Assembly: GCA_040357565.1 (NCBI GenBank)
Contig: JBDODJ010000002.1
Origin: Cercozoa sp. M6MM
Lineage: Eukaryota; Protista; Endomyxa: Ascetosporea
Direction: 5' to 3' (one strand)
DNA length: 64,000 nt
Position numbers and translations under genes: made by a program. The notes under the pieces are model-generated. The model did no database searches. It worked only from the letters and a program-made list of their open reading frames with translations, and was not told the DNA's origin. Below, one piece after another: positions 26,345-38,918 of this stretch. Numbering within the stretch: the stretch's first letter is position 1; every line of letters starts with the position of its first letter.

Positions 26345-27557
26345 ATGGACCAAGGTTACTTGCCGCTAACATGCGGTGCTGAGACATCTGTGCACACTGC
26401 AGAATGCTTCGATAATGATGCATTGCTGTTCGAAATTGTGCGTTTTCTCGGGGTTGGTATGAAGCACACTGTAGCCGCTCTCCCCGCGGAGGATGGGGAT
26501 CTGTGCTTGTGCAGAAGAGATGCGTGCATTGTCGCTAACATGTAGGCGTTTCCATAACGAAATTGCATGTAACGACAGCGTGGTACACCTGCTACCCACT
26601 CCTACTGTCCTACCTAGTATGTGGTCGCAGTGGAAACCATTGGCAGCAACGGATGCGTCAGTTTTAGAGGAACAAGTCGCCGAGTTAGGCGATCGGAAGT
26701 GGCGCAGTTTGGCCGTGTTTCGTCACATTCGTCGCTCGCAGACGCGGTCGTCTGAGCAGCCTCGGGCCAGAGTGCCCGAGATCGAGTCGTGTCACTTGAT
26801 GGCACCAACAAAGTCAGTCAAGGAGTTCACTCGGTACTGCAGGCTGCTCTGTTGTCTCCCATTTTTGTGTACTATTACACAGTGATGGTGTCTACGTGAG
26901 GTTGCCGCGGGATCAACGACGGTTTCCGCAGGTGATCACCCAATCGCAAGCACCGTCCAACGCGCTGTCACGTTTGGTGAAACTGCCGCGCGGCGTCGTC
27001 TGGCAGTTCCGCTGTCCGCTTCTCGCGTCTCGCGCGTATCCTCGCCTCTTTTCCATTGACCAGCTGCCCTAATTGTTGCTTTTACAGTGAGTACTTTCGT
27101 TCGGTGGAGTCGCTGCAGAAGGACGCGGTCGACGTGGAAGAATACATGCACAGTGAGGACTTTGACGACGTCGATCCTGACAGCTACATGAGCGAGGAAC
27201 TTCAGCTGCGGCGACGTGCTTTCGAACGCGCGCTCTCTGAGGTGTGTGCGAAATCTCTTTGGTTTTGACTGAGAAATGAAAGTAATTAACGGTGTGTAAA
27301 TTTACACAATACAGAACACGGTGGATTACTGCAGCGTCTGCAGTCGGCGAGTTTACTACGTCACTCGGGAACAAGAACTCCGGCAACGTGCAGCACAAGG
27401 TGACTGCGTCTTTTTTGATGACTCTGCGTCTTGGCTTCGCGGTGAGCACAGAGGTACTGTACATTTCAATTACCCCCCCCCTGCAGTTTTAAATTATACA
27501 ACACTACAACAGAGAACAGGCGGCCGCAATACTATGGAGGCGGTGCTTGCGTCATAA
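26345..27557 (+). CDS. F-box domain protein
   Basis: FDNDALLFEIVRFLG...EMRALSLTCRRFHNEIACNDSV..W fits the F-box consensus; remainder unrecognised. Confidence 0.55.
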
Positions 27558-27598
27558 ACTAGCAGTTTCGTGTACTGATCATATGGTGTCGTATTAAA

Positions 27599-30500
27599 CT
27601 ACAGATTGGTGTGTCGAATTGGCGGGTGCTGTGCCTGCACACTGGCTGAGATGTGCGCGCTAAGTCGCCTCATGTTTACTTTCGACGTCTTGGAATCGCT
27701 GTGACTGGCACCGCTTTCGGTACTGGCCGCTTGAGCATGAGGCGCCTGCAGTTGCACCGTCAGTTGTTCACCGACGTGGTTTGCGTTGTTGCGACGCTTG
27801 CTGCTGCTTCGCTTTCTGGGTGGTCGGAACACGCGCGTGCTGGGAGCGCCGTGCCCGCCGAAAGCACTCGACATGAGTCGATCCTCCTGCTGCAGGTGCA
27901 GTCGCAGTTGTTGGACGTTGTGCAAGGCTGCGTTTAGTTGAGACTGCAGTCTCGTGTTTTGGGAGGACAGTTCTTCGATCTTCGAGACGTCTTCTTCGCG
28001 CGAAGGACGGGAATCGAAGCGTTTGCTCAAGTCGCGCTGTTTTCCAAACTCGGAAAGTAACAAGTCAACCCAGAAAATAAAAACAATGCAATGAAAATTT
28101 ACGAATGCTTGTCGTTCAAGAGCGAGCTGCTCATCGGCTAGTTGCCGCACTTCGTGCAATCTCTGCTTGGACAGCGCTTTCTCGTCCGTGAGATCGATGA
28201 CGTGCAAAGCCTTCAGCTGTCTCACTTCATCGACATGCTGCTGCGCGAGTTGCTCGAGACGCTCATGCAACTCGGTGCTTCGTTGGTGTGACTGATTGAG
28301 ACTGTTGTGAAGTTTCGTCGCTTTCGCTTGCAGATTCTGCACTTCGGCTTCTTTGGCCTAATGCAAGCAATACAAATAATCAACGGGAGAATCAGTTGCG
28401 ATGAAATACGCGATACCGCCAGTTGCGACAGCACGGCGAATCGAGCTCGATTGACACTGTCGAATTCGTGTTGTCTCGCAGTTTTTGCTGCTTCTTCAAG
28501 TGCGATTCGCTGTACTTCGGCACTTTCGCGAGTCGCTTCGTCTCGCTGCTTTTCGTGCGCTTTGGTGAGTTCGAGCACGGTGTCTTCGAGTTTCTTTTCA
28601 AGCTGTTGTTTGAGTTGAGCCTGCTCGCCGAGTAAGCGATTTCGTTGTCGCTGCAGCTGCATTTTGGCATCCTCGCATTCGCGCCTTTGCTCCTCCACTG
28701 TGAGAGCAAGCTGTTGCTTGAGTCGATCAGATTCGAGCTGAAATTGTATCTGAGCGGAGGCGCTTTCGTTTTGCATCTCTTGAATTTGCTTTTGTAAAAC
28801 GCGGTCGGCTTCTTGCTTTTCATAAACAAGACGTGCTTGCAAAGCTTCGCTCTCAGATTTTGCGTCTCGCAGTTGCTCTTGCAAACTGTCATTCTTCGCA
28901 TCCGCTTGCGACAACTTTAAGGATAGCTTATCGTATTCGAGGCGTGCTGTTTCGGTGCACATGTCAAGTTCACGATCGGCTTGCTCTTGACATTGCTTTT
29001 TGAGCGACTCAAGCGAATGCCTCAACTGCGCGTCAAAATGCGTCTTGAGTGCGACAACTTCTTTCTCGTGCGACGCTGCTTGGCGTTTCAGTTTTGCCTC
29101 GAGTTCGACGAGTCGCAGGTGTCGCTTGCTCGACAACTGCTCACTGTTGGTGAGTTGTTGCGACGACTGGAGCAGTTGCTCCTGTACAGCCTCAAGTGCG
29201 TTCTGCGTTTCTTTGATTTCTCTCTGCAGTTTTGCGATTTCGTCGGCATGATTCTCTTTGAGCGCGCTCTGTTGCTCGGCAAACTCGTTTTCGAGCTTTC
29301 GCAACTGTTCGTTCATCGTTTCTTTCTGCCTTTGAATTGCGTTTCCGTGCTGTGTTTTAATCTCGCGTACCTTCGCGTCAGTGTCTTGGCTGATCTTTCG
29401 TATTTCGGCATTGTGTTTCTGTCGCTGCGTTTGCAGTTCACTTTGCAGGCTTTCCTGCGTCTTGGAAGCTTCCAGAAGTTTATCTTTCATCGCAGTCACG
29501 ACAGACTGCAACTCGAGGAGATTCGCTTCGTGTTCGCCAGTAGCTCGATCATATTGTCGTTGTAGCGAGGAGAGAGCGTTTTCTGCGGCTTCGGTACGTC
29601 GAGTTAACTCAGCACCCGAGGAAGCGGTGCGTTCGGCACTGCAGCGTTGCTCCGTGATGGTAGCTTCATGTTGCGCAATCCGTTGTTCAGCCCCGACAAG
29701 AGCTTGTTCGAGTAACGCTTTCTGCCTGTCAGCATGCTTCGAGGCAGCTTCGGCCGAGCTCTTTAAGTCAGCGTGCTGCTGCTGCAGACGCGCCAGTTCT
29801 TGAGCTAGAATGTGTTTTTCGTCCGTTTCGCGTTGGATTGTGTCCTGCGAGTGGCATTTAGCGTTGTGCAGCGCGTCCTGCAACTCGGCTTGCGCTTGTG
29901 TGAGTTCGCGGATTTGATATCGAAGCTGTTCCTTCTCGCGCGTGCTTTGCTTCATCGAAGCACGAATTTCAGCATTTTCGCGGTGTGCTTTGCTCAGTTG
30001 TTCCGATTGCTGCGTGCATTCCGACTTCAAGTCACTGCACTGCTGCTCCGACTGTCTGAGTCGTTTCTCCAGTACTTCTGATTGCTGTCTCATCGAATCT
30101 TGGTCGCGTCGATGATTGTCAAACGCAGCTCGGAGTTGCTGTAACAGTGTTTCATCTCAATTTATCGTAGTGTTTTATCTACTAAATATTATTCCGTGCT
30201 TACCTCTCCCACTGCTTGAGTTGAAGCGAGTGCTTCGTCTCTTTCGCGACGCAAGTCCACTGCTTCTTGCTGCAGCTGCGCAATTCGTCTCTCTGTTCTC
30301 AACAGAGCTTGCGACAATTGCTGTGGAAACGCGAAACATCAGCATGTGGTTTTTTGTCAGATATCGTGATTCTTACGTTGTGGTGTTCGATATGCTCTGA
30401 GTGTTTGTTTCCAAGGGCTTCGAGTTGCTCACGGAGCTGAGATCGCTCATCTTCGATGCGTTGTTGTTCCTGTCTTAGGACTTGGGCGTGCGAGTTGTGC

Positions 30501-31173
30501 AGTCGGTCGATCGCGGTTTTATGTGACTCTTTCAGTGACTGGATTTGTTTTTCGGCCTGGGCGGTAAGTTCGTTCTGTATGCACTCAATTCGTTCCTCAA
30601 ATTGCTGCCGTTCGTCTTGCAGCTGTTGCTTTATAGCACCCACTTCTCTTTGCGACGTTTCTTGAATCGTATTAAGCTTGGTAACTGCACTTGCTTTCAC
30701 CGATTCCACCTCGTGTTTCCACTGAAAGTACTTTCTCATTTGCTCGTATATCACAGCTTCAGTGCGCGCGGGGAGGAATTACCTTTTCAGTCAGTTGACG
30801 CAACTGAAACGCAGCTTTTTCAGCTTCAGCTCTAGCTTCGGTTGAATTTCCGTTCATGCCGCGTTCTTTGTCGAGTTGTCGACGAAGAAAGGCCACCTGT
30901 GACACAAAGCAGATTGGAAGGAGAGTGGCCTCCCCGATCAGGTTTTACCTTGCGAAAGCAGTCGCGCACAATGTATTGATTTTGTTGCTCATACGCTTTT
31001 TGCATGGCGCGTAACTCCTCGCTGTAGCTCGCGTCACGCGTGGCGAGACGGTGCACCACGCGGGTCAACTGAATCACTTTCTTGCACAGTTGTTTTCGTG
31101 CATCTGCAGGAAATCGCTTTCCCGCGTTTCGAGCATCAGTCGCATCGCTGGTCGAGACTCGGTTGCAGTTCAT
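27599..31173 (-). CDS. FAM184-like long coiled-coil protein
   Basis: N-terminal QLCKKVIQLTRVVHRLATR...MQKAYEQQ and C-terminal RFDSRPSREEDVSKIEEL resemble the conserved FAM184 end motifs; 623-aa heptad-rich central ORF. Confidence 0.75.
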
Positions 31174-31955
31174 TCGTCCCCACCCGGTTGTTGGTGGGAT
31201 TCTGAACTGTCTTCCCAGTGCCTTCGAGCTTTCTTACACGTTAATCGCTACGTTTGGTATAACTTGACCATTTAGTGCCTATTGAATCCATTTTACCCTG
31301 GGGTATTGCGCAACATCCGCGCGGAACTTTGGGTGTGCTTCACTTTTTAGTTAATTCTTCAGTTTCTGTTCAGTTCAGCAGTGTTTTTGTTTGCAATTTA
31401 CGCCGACGCAAAGCCGGCAAGGGCCAGAAAACTATGAATTCGGTTGTGACCCACCTAAAACCGATACAGCGGAACTCCATAGTTAGTTTCTTAGTATGCT
31501 GAACTACCGCATTGGTAATTCGGTTGTTTTCACCTTGCGGGGGGATCTCGTTGGGTAGTGAGAGAAGTGGTGTTATGCTTGTGGAGTTGCAGTCTACGCA
31601 TACAGAAAAATGGAGTTGTTGTTATTGAATTTGCAGGACAATTTAACGATAAAATGATGGTACTTGTCACAAGCACAACGAAGACACAGCCGCGTTCAAA
31701 AGCAACCTTGCAATCAAACGACGAAATCAAACAAAGCCATCATAACGTTCGTGGTTTGTTCACTCAGCGATTGTTTGTAATCCGGGAAAGGAGTGTACGA
31801 AACATGAATAAGGTGAGTGGGCAGTTGACGCAGGCGATGCGCCAGTTGTGCTTCTCCCTGAAAGACGTGAAGCAAGAGTTCGGTATACCGAGTCCACCGG
31901 GGTCAACCACGACGACAATCCGTCCAACGCACTCGCGAAGACACGCTGTGCAGAA

Positions 31956-32390
31956 ATGTCTGTTGCGGCTGCGTTTCTGGGTGCACTGGGCGTGCTCTCT
32001 CTAACTGGGTCGCGGGCGCTGTCGGACTTGTCGGCGACAAGTGCTCGAATTAGTCCGTGATCCCGGACTTTGAACACGAGGAGTCTGTTGTAGAATCCTA
32101 TCTCGACAATTTTAGGTACTCCTTTTTATTTGATTCAGATTACGATTCACCATACTGCCTACGGCAGAGAAGACGACGAACAGATCAAGCACGTCCAGGA
32201 CTACCATATGGACGTTAGTGGGTACGGTACAGTCGATCTGTCTCCTCTTTGTTTCAATCATTTAGTTGTTGCTTCTTATCTGTCTGAGAAAAGGGTCCAG
32301 TCGGGCTGCCGACTCGACTGGACTGGACCGGAAGCAACGGGTCAACCATGGCAGCGGTGTGTTTTACTCGTTCCGTCCACTGCCAGTCCA
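31956..32390 (+). pseudogene. PGRP / N-acetylmuramoyl-L-alanine amidase (Amidase_2)-like fragment
   Basis: ITIHHTAYGREDDEQIKHVQDYHMDVSGY resembles the IHHTA...IQxYHM motif; degenerate RVQSGCRLDWTG; upstream signal-peptide-like MSVAAAFLGALGVLSL; no C-terminal half before the convergent JmjC gene. Confidence 0.5.
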
Positions 32391-32391
32391 C

Positions 32392-34362
32392 TTACAAGTC
32401 ATCCTTATTCAGATCCTCGACCTGCTCCTCCGAGTCCGAGCTCTGGTCTTGAGCGACGCGGAAGGATTCGTCAAGTCGCACACATCGATCCAACAGCACC
32501 AGCAGGTTGTCCTCATCGATCAGCTCGCTCAGGAAATCCTCCAACCACTCAGCCAACAGCAGCTCACGAGCCTGCGTTTCTCATATTGTATTTGGTTAGT
32601 AAAACAAACGAGAAAGCAAGATAAACGTGTGGCGGTACATCGACCTGACTGCCGAATTCGTCGCCTTTTGGCCTTAGCGATTTCAACACCTCCTGTGCAA
32701 TAGTTTTGAGGTTAGGGACACCAAGTTAAGGGTTAAAGGAAGGAAAAGGTACAAAGATGGTGCCTTGGGCTTCTAGTGCTTGCTTTTCGTGAATTTTCTG
32801 TGCTTGGGTACAAGCACAACCGACAATCTTTCGGGCAAAACTATTGATATGATAGTGCGCACCTCAGTGATCTGACCATCGCAGACGCGAGTAATCCAGC
32901 TGCCCAGTTCCACTCGCTGCTGTGGCATCAGCCGCATTTCTTCTGCCTCGTCTCGCTCGGCCTTGTGCTTGACGTACTCGCTCGATCGAGGGTGCACCCC
33001 TTGCTGCAAATTTCACTGTTGCACCTCGACTTTGTGTACATAATCATAGAAACCGATACCGAAATCTCTTCAACGACCTCCCCTGCGTGAAGTTCCAGCA
33101 GCGGACCGAAAAGGCCTTGCGGCACAGCTCCAGTGGCACGCCACTCGTCATCGAACATTTTGGCCGTCCACTGCGCACCATGTTTTCACTTCCTCTATCT
33201 CTCCCTTTCTTTTTTACTTTTAAATCGCCATACCCTGGAGGAGAGGAAAAGACGCTCGCGGAGTGCACTCACAAACTCCAGTGCAGCTTGCTCAGCCTGC
33301 ATATACCCTTGTTACACGTATTCCTTTGCTCTATCGAATACTACCGTTTCAGGCTTTGCCAAGCGAAAGTACTCGACAATCACGGACTCCACAAACAGTG
33401 CCAACACGCGCACGTAGCGATCTATAAAAATACCAAGCACATATCTACAACAGAGACAACGAAAGGCAATGACCAGAGAAACAAGAAAAGTACTGGACAG
33501 AACATTGGGGAGAGGTGCATCCCATGCAGCGCGACTTCGAACCGAAACATCACGCTGCAGTGCCGACCACGAGGCCAGAGCGATCGAGGCAGTATCACTC
33601 GTCACGTGGTGGAACCAAAACGGCGGCAGGTACAGTGCCATGCCAGGTTCCACCTGAACAAGCAAGGTGTCCGTTATGCCCTGCTTCTGCAGAACCTCTT
33701 GCATTGCACTCGCCGAGTACTCCGTGTCTCTGCCGCTGTTTCGGTGGCGCAGATGGAAACGCGGTCGCAATTGAAGCAGCTTCCATTGCGACGGCGGCAG
33801 CAACAGAAATCTGGACATTTTAGTGCAAAAATATATTGGAAAGCGTTAAATTTGAACAAAGAAGCGATACGATTTAGTTCCAACCAGCGGTACGAAAAAG
33901 TTGTGCATCGCATCGTAATGCAATGGCGTGGTAGCACCGCGCGACGTGAGCCACAACTGCACACGTCGACTTTCGTGCTCCTCCTCACTCGCTTCTGACG
34001 GATTGCCGAGATACAGGTTTAAAGGACAATTTAAACACAGCAAACGTACCAACAGAAGGTCCAAAATCAGTGTCATCGATCACATCTCCAAGCGCATCTC
34101 GAAGAAACTGCATTTTGGGTTCATTTGTGACTTGAACGCCACCATAGAGGTAGGCTTTATCGTCTGATTTACTGCGGACAGTACGATCTTGTAATATAAT
34201 AGTTTAAATCAGTAACAACAAGAGGAACAGCAAAATGAACGCACTTTTCCATCGCGAGAAGTGTCGTGGCAGCTTGTGCGAGAGTTGTGCGTCGATTTTC
34301 GCAGCAGCCCCAGGAGAACACACTGGCTGACCGCTGTGCACGTGAGATCTTGTGCTCGTACG

Positions 34363-34453
<91 letters not shown>

Positions 34454-34553
34454 NNNNNNNNNNNNNNNNNNNNNNNNNNNNNNNNNNNNNNNNNNNNNNN
34501 NNNNNNNNNNNNNNNNNNNNNNNNNNNNNNNNNNNNNNNNNNNNNNNNNNNNN

Positions 34554-34602
<49 letters not shown>

Positions 34603-34941
34603 CAAGATTGCTACATCAGTTCCAGTCCGAACTTTGACATCAATATTGAGTGCCTTGGCTTCAGCGTTGTTCCTCCAGAAGTCAATGTTATCCCAGTCGT
34701 CATTTGAGCTAAAAAAATACCCAGACTTCTGAGGCTGGCAGCATCCGCAAAAAAGAACTTACATGCGAGGCCAGTCGGTCACGATCACTGGCTGTCCAAC
34801 ACTGCGTCTACGGATGGTCTCGGCAACCGAGAGGCCGCGCCGATCTGCCTGCTGCCGAAGGTCAGACAAGGAGAATCGCTGCACGCGATCGCCCGCACTG
34901 ACCAAACTGACAAAGCCAAACAGGCACAACAGTAACTTCAT
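32392..34941 (-). CDS. JmjC (cupin-like 8) 2-oxoglutarate/Fe oxygenase with signal peptide and C-terminal KDDL
   Basis: Signal peptide MKLLLCLFGFVSLVSAG; QPVIVTDWP; LWLTSRGATTPLHYDAMHNFF (HxD); VEPGMALYLPPFWFHHV (distal His); last exon ends LNKDDL*. Confidence 0.85.
34364..34600. repeat. (CA)n microsatellite with assembly gap, intronic
   Basis: Pure CA run either side of an N block. Confidence 0.95.
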
Positions 34942-35185
34942 TATAGAAGCAACTATATTCGCACGCACAGACACAAATTTTCAAGCTATAAAACACGCGT
35001 AGTGCCAAAAAATCGAAATCGTGTGCTGGGCTCTCAGTGGGCTCACACACGAGTCGATAGCTCTCTTTGATCACTGCACGCTGGCATCGGCATCAAACAG
35101 TACGATTGGACCTCCGGCGTGCTCTGTGTGACAGATAGGAGTGGCCAGGGCGGTGCAGCGAGTTTGTGGTTTGAGACTGCAGGAA

Positions 35186-38100
35186 ATGCAGGGACCAAAT
35201 CGTCCACTGTCGTCACTGTTTCACCGGGAAAACGCCGCTGCCAGGGAGACACTCGTAAGCGCACCAAGTTATGCGCGATTTGGGTCCTCAGGAAGTGTCG
35301 TCGGAGGTGTTCCGCACGGTCGCGCGGTGTCGTTTGCGCGACTCGACTCGCAGCAGCGTCCGGCGAAACGCGTGCGGCCGAACCCGCCGTCGCCGGCGCT
35401 GCAGCAGTTGTGTCTCGCCGTGCAGGAAGCGACGAGTTCGCAGGCTTCGCAACTACGAGAGGACCAATGCTCTGACTTGCGAGAGGCGCGTGCGGCAGCT
35501 CTGGCGTCACCGTGGAGTCTGCGTGCCGTGTCGCGACTGCTGGACCTGTCAGTGCTCGCGTTGATGCGCAAGAGTCGACTGCGAACGCTCCTTTTGCCGC
35601 GGTAGTGAGTGTTTTTACTTCTGCTTGAAGTGAATTTATGTGCACTGTGAGTAGAGTCGAAGAAGCTGCCCGCGAAGCGTGGCTGCACTTCCGCGCCGAC
35701 GATAACATCGACCCCAGCAGCGTTGGACGCGACGACGCCATTGGCACGCTCTGGGCCATCTACGCCGAGACTCGCCGCAGCCCCGAACTGCAAGCCCGTA
35801 GCTTTTCGAGCTTTCAACTTGACTGAACTCAGTGCTTGCCAACTCAACTCCATTTTGACACTGTGTTTCTGTGTCTGTGCAGAAGTGCTCGAAGAAATGA
35901 AGGAGCGTGGAATTGGACAAATGAATGCGCGCTACTACCGTGCACTCGCCGTGTGCGACATTGCACGAAATACGCTCGCTTTCGATCGGGTACATCACTC
36001 GTTATACCCCACCCGATCCTCACCCTTGGTGTAGGCACCAAACGATGACACAAGTGTGATGCGACACGCCACTGCAGATGCCAAGAAAGTCGTGGCGAAA
36101 TACCGTGCCATTGCACAGCAGGTGCGTGGTTGGTTAGTACGGAGGTCGGATTCGAAAGAGTAAGTTTGAGTTGTGTGTAGGCTAGAGCAACGCCGATACA
36201 GCAGCTAATAGTGCCGTACGGACATTTGACGTACCTTGTGGGCGGTGCCTCGATGGACGACGTGCACGCAACCCCAGTACTCTCCTGTATAGTCTCAAGC
36301 AACTTGCTTTGCATGAGTTCTTTACTGTGCAGAGGAGGCACTCATTGCCTTCGCACACAACAACCGGCGACAACAGACATGACTACGACTACGACAAGGA
36401 GAACAACAACGCCGAAAACAACAACAACAACATAAGTGCCAGTCACAGCAATGGCAACGACGAAAGCAAAGTGCCGCCGGTGCCTGTGACAACTACGCGA
36501 CCGTTCTCGCGACTGCGATTCGACTCGCCGCCCCCGCCCAAGCAGCGACATGCTGCGGTACCTTCTTGCCACACAACCTTACGAGTCTTACCCTCTCCTA
36601 CCCCTTTCCTATACAGACAAGTCGGCCAGTGCAGGACAGTGCACCTCGTGTGGCCCAGGCCAGCACCAGCGCTCCTTCGACAGGTCCGTCTGTGGCGGCT
36701 TCTACGGTTCCTGCTGCCGTGGACAATAGTACGAAACCGTCCGTGCGAACAAGCGCACCTCAGCAACGTCAGCAACATCAACAGCATCAACAGCAGTCGC
36801 AACCAGCGTGGCGACGCATCGAAGTCAACCAGACGCCTTTTCTTGTACTCGAACTGGTCGGTCGCGGCGGCTCCTCCAAGGTGTACAAGGTGCTCGGGCC
36901 CAAAGGCCGCCTATATGCACTCAAGGCCATGCGTTCGCAGGTAGACTTCCTCCTTGTTAGCCTTCTCTACCTCTACCCAACTCTGCCCTTCCCTTGCTAC
37001 TTCTATCCACCCCTTACTATTCCCCCTTCCCTCACCTCTCGCCCCGTTCCCAGCAGTCATCGGCGCAGCACATGGTGAACGTGCGCAATGAGATAAAGCT
37101 GCTGCGGAGACTACGTGGCAAGCCACATGTGATCCAACTGATCGATGCGCAGGTGATGCCACCGCATGTGATGATGGTACAGTCGGACACAGAGTTTCTG
37201 GCCACTAGGTTTGTTTAAGGGAGTGTGTGGTCTCGTAGGTGTTTGAATTCGGCGAGATCGACTTAGCCTCGATGTTGCGACGACTGGCGACGGAAGAGCA
37301 GCGCCGCAGCAGCGACGGCGCGTTGCGAACGCTCGTGCGAGACGCTGTGACGCTGCGGTTCTACTGGCGTCAGATGCTGCTGGCCGTGCAGACCATGTAG
37401 CCTGCTATTTACCCCGCCCGCCACCCCCGCGCGCTTGTATGTATTACTCTTGTTGTAGCCACGATGCGCGTATCGTGCACGGCGATTTAAAGCCAGCGAA
37501 TTTTCTTTTTGTTCGAGGCGAGCTGAAACTCATCGACTTTGGCATCGCCAAGGCACTGAGCGACAACACAACCAACATCCTCCGTGACAGTCAGGTACTC
37601 CCTAGACCCCTATCTCTGCTCTACTTTACTCGTACTGTTTTTGTGGACAGGTGGGCACGTTAAACTACATGTCGCCAGAGGCCATCCTGGAGGCCGATCA
37701 GCAGGTGCATGAGAGGAGCGACACGGCCGGCGAGGACAGGTACAAACTCAGTCGTGCCGCCGACGTCTGGTCGCTCGGCTGCATCTTGTTCCAGATGGTG
37801 CCTTAACCCCTAACCCTCCCTTTGACCCTCCTCGATATCCTTCTGACACAGGTGTTTGCACGCACACCTTTTTCGCATATACGAAACACGATAAAGAAAC
37901 TTCATGCTATCACGAATCCCAGCACGCAGATTCGTAGCCTGTTTTTACTGTGCGTGTGCTTGCTTTTTACCCTCCCCTTCCCTGCGTAGCATTCCCATCA
38001 CCGAATCTCGAGGATCCCGAGTGTCCGAAGACGCACAAGGACGCGCAATTGGTGCGCATGATTCGTGCCTGTCTGAGCCGCGATCCGCGGCAGCGGCCTT

Positions 38101-38347
38101 CAATCCCAGAGTTGCTGCAGCACCCGTTTCTGTCGGTAGGAGATGCTTTGAGGTGTACGGGATAGGCGAATCACAGACAAACCAACGATCTTATTTCCTA
38201 GGGCGGTGCCACGCACGTGTTCGATTTCCAGCTGCGCTCACTGTTCGACGCACTCCGGCCATGCGGTCTGCGCGACGTGCCTGTCGGCTCTGTTGAGGTA
38301 GTCTCTGTTGTTGAGTATGCTGTGTGTGCCTGTGTCTGTGTGTGCGT

Positions 38348-38397
<50 letters not shown>

Positions 38398-38529
38398 CGC
38401 CTCGGTACCTCGATAGGTTTGACTGTGCACGTGTGTAGAGGGTACGAGAACAGTTCAATCGCGGACAAGCTGTGCCAGGTGATCTTTTCTCACGTACGGC
38501 CGTCGCTACTACAACTGCAGCGCGACTAA
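35186..38529 (+). CDS. MPS1: MPS1/TTK spindle-checkpoint kinase
   Basis: N-terminal TPR-like segment ([15 protein letters not shown]); kinase [74 protein letters not shown]|[11 protein letters not shown]. Confidence 0.93.
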
Positions 38530-38918
38530 CGCCGCGCCAAGAGGATTATTCTCGTTAATGAACTCAACTGGCCGTTGGTGCATTCCTACTCCAATTGTAG
38601 TGTATACAGCTAGGTTTGCGGTGAGGATTACCATCTCATTCAAGTTCAAGTATGCAGTGCTGTACCCGAAAGCGCAAGGCGAGTGTTGATCGCCCGGCCT
38701 GATCGGTGCCTGATCGCGATGCTGTGTTGGGCAGTGCGTGCCCAGCCGCCAGGGCTCCGGACGATCTGCAGTACAGAAAGTGAGCGTTCCTGTGCCTGTG
38801 AGCCACTAAGACAGACTGGGTATGTTAGCGTAGTCTTGCAGTGTAGCACAGTTCGTCGTATGTGCAGTGTGGTGGGGAGTGCAATTTTTGTCGCAGGGTG
38901 ACATATCCGCGCGGACCG

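Noticed and set aside
28222-30093. Myosin/SMC-like call for the 623-aa ORF
   Set aside because: No motor or ATPase motifs; terminal exons match FAM184.
34169-34732. ORFs of CV/HT dipeptide repeats (also near 38.3, 42.2, 43.5, 44.6 and 57.9 kb)
   Set aside because: Translations of (CA)n microsatellites and N gaps.
35043-35853. Long minus-strand ORFs (238 aa, 194 aa)
   Set aside because: Antisense shadows of the GC-rich first exons of MPS1.
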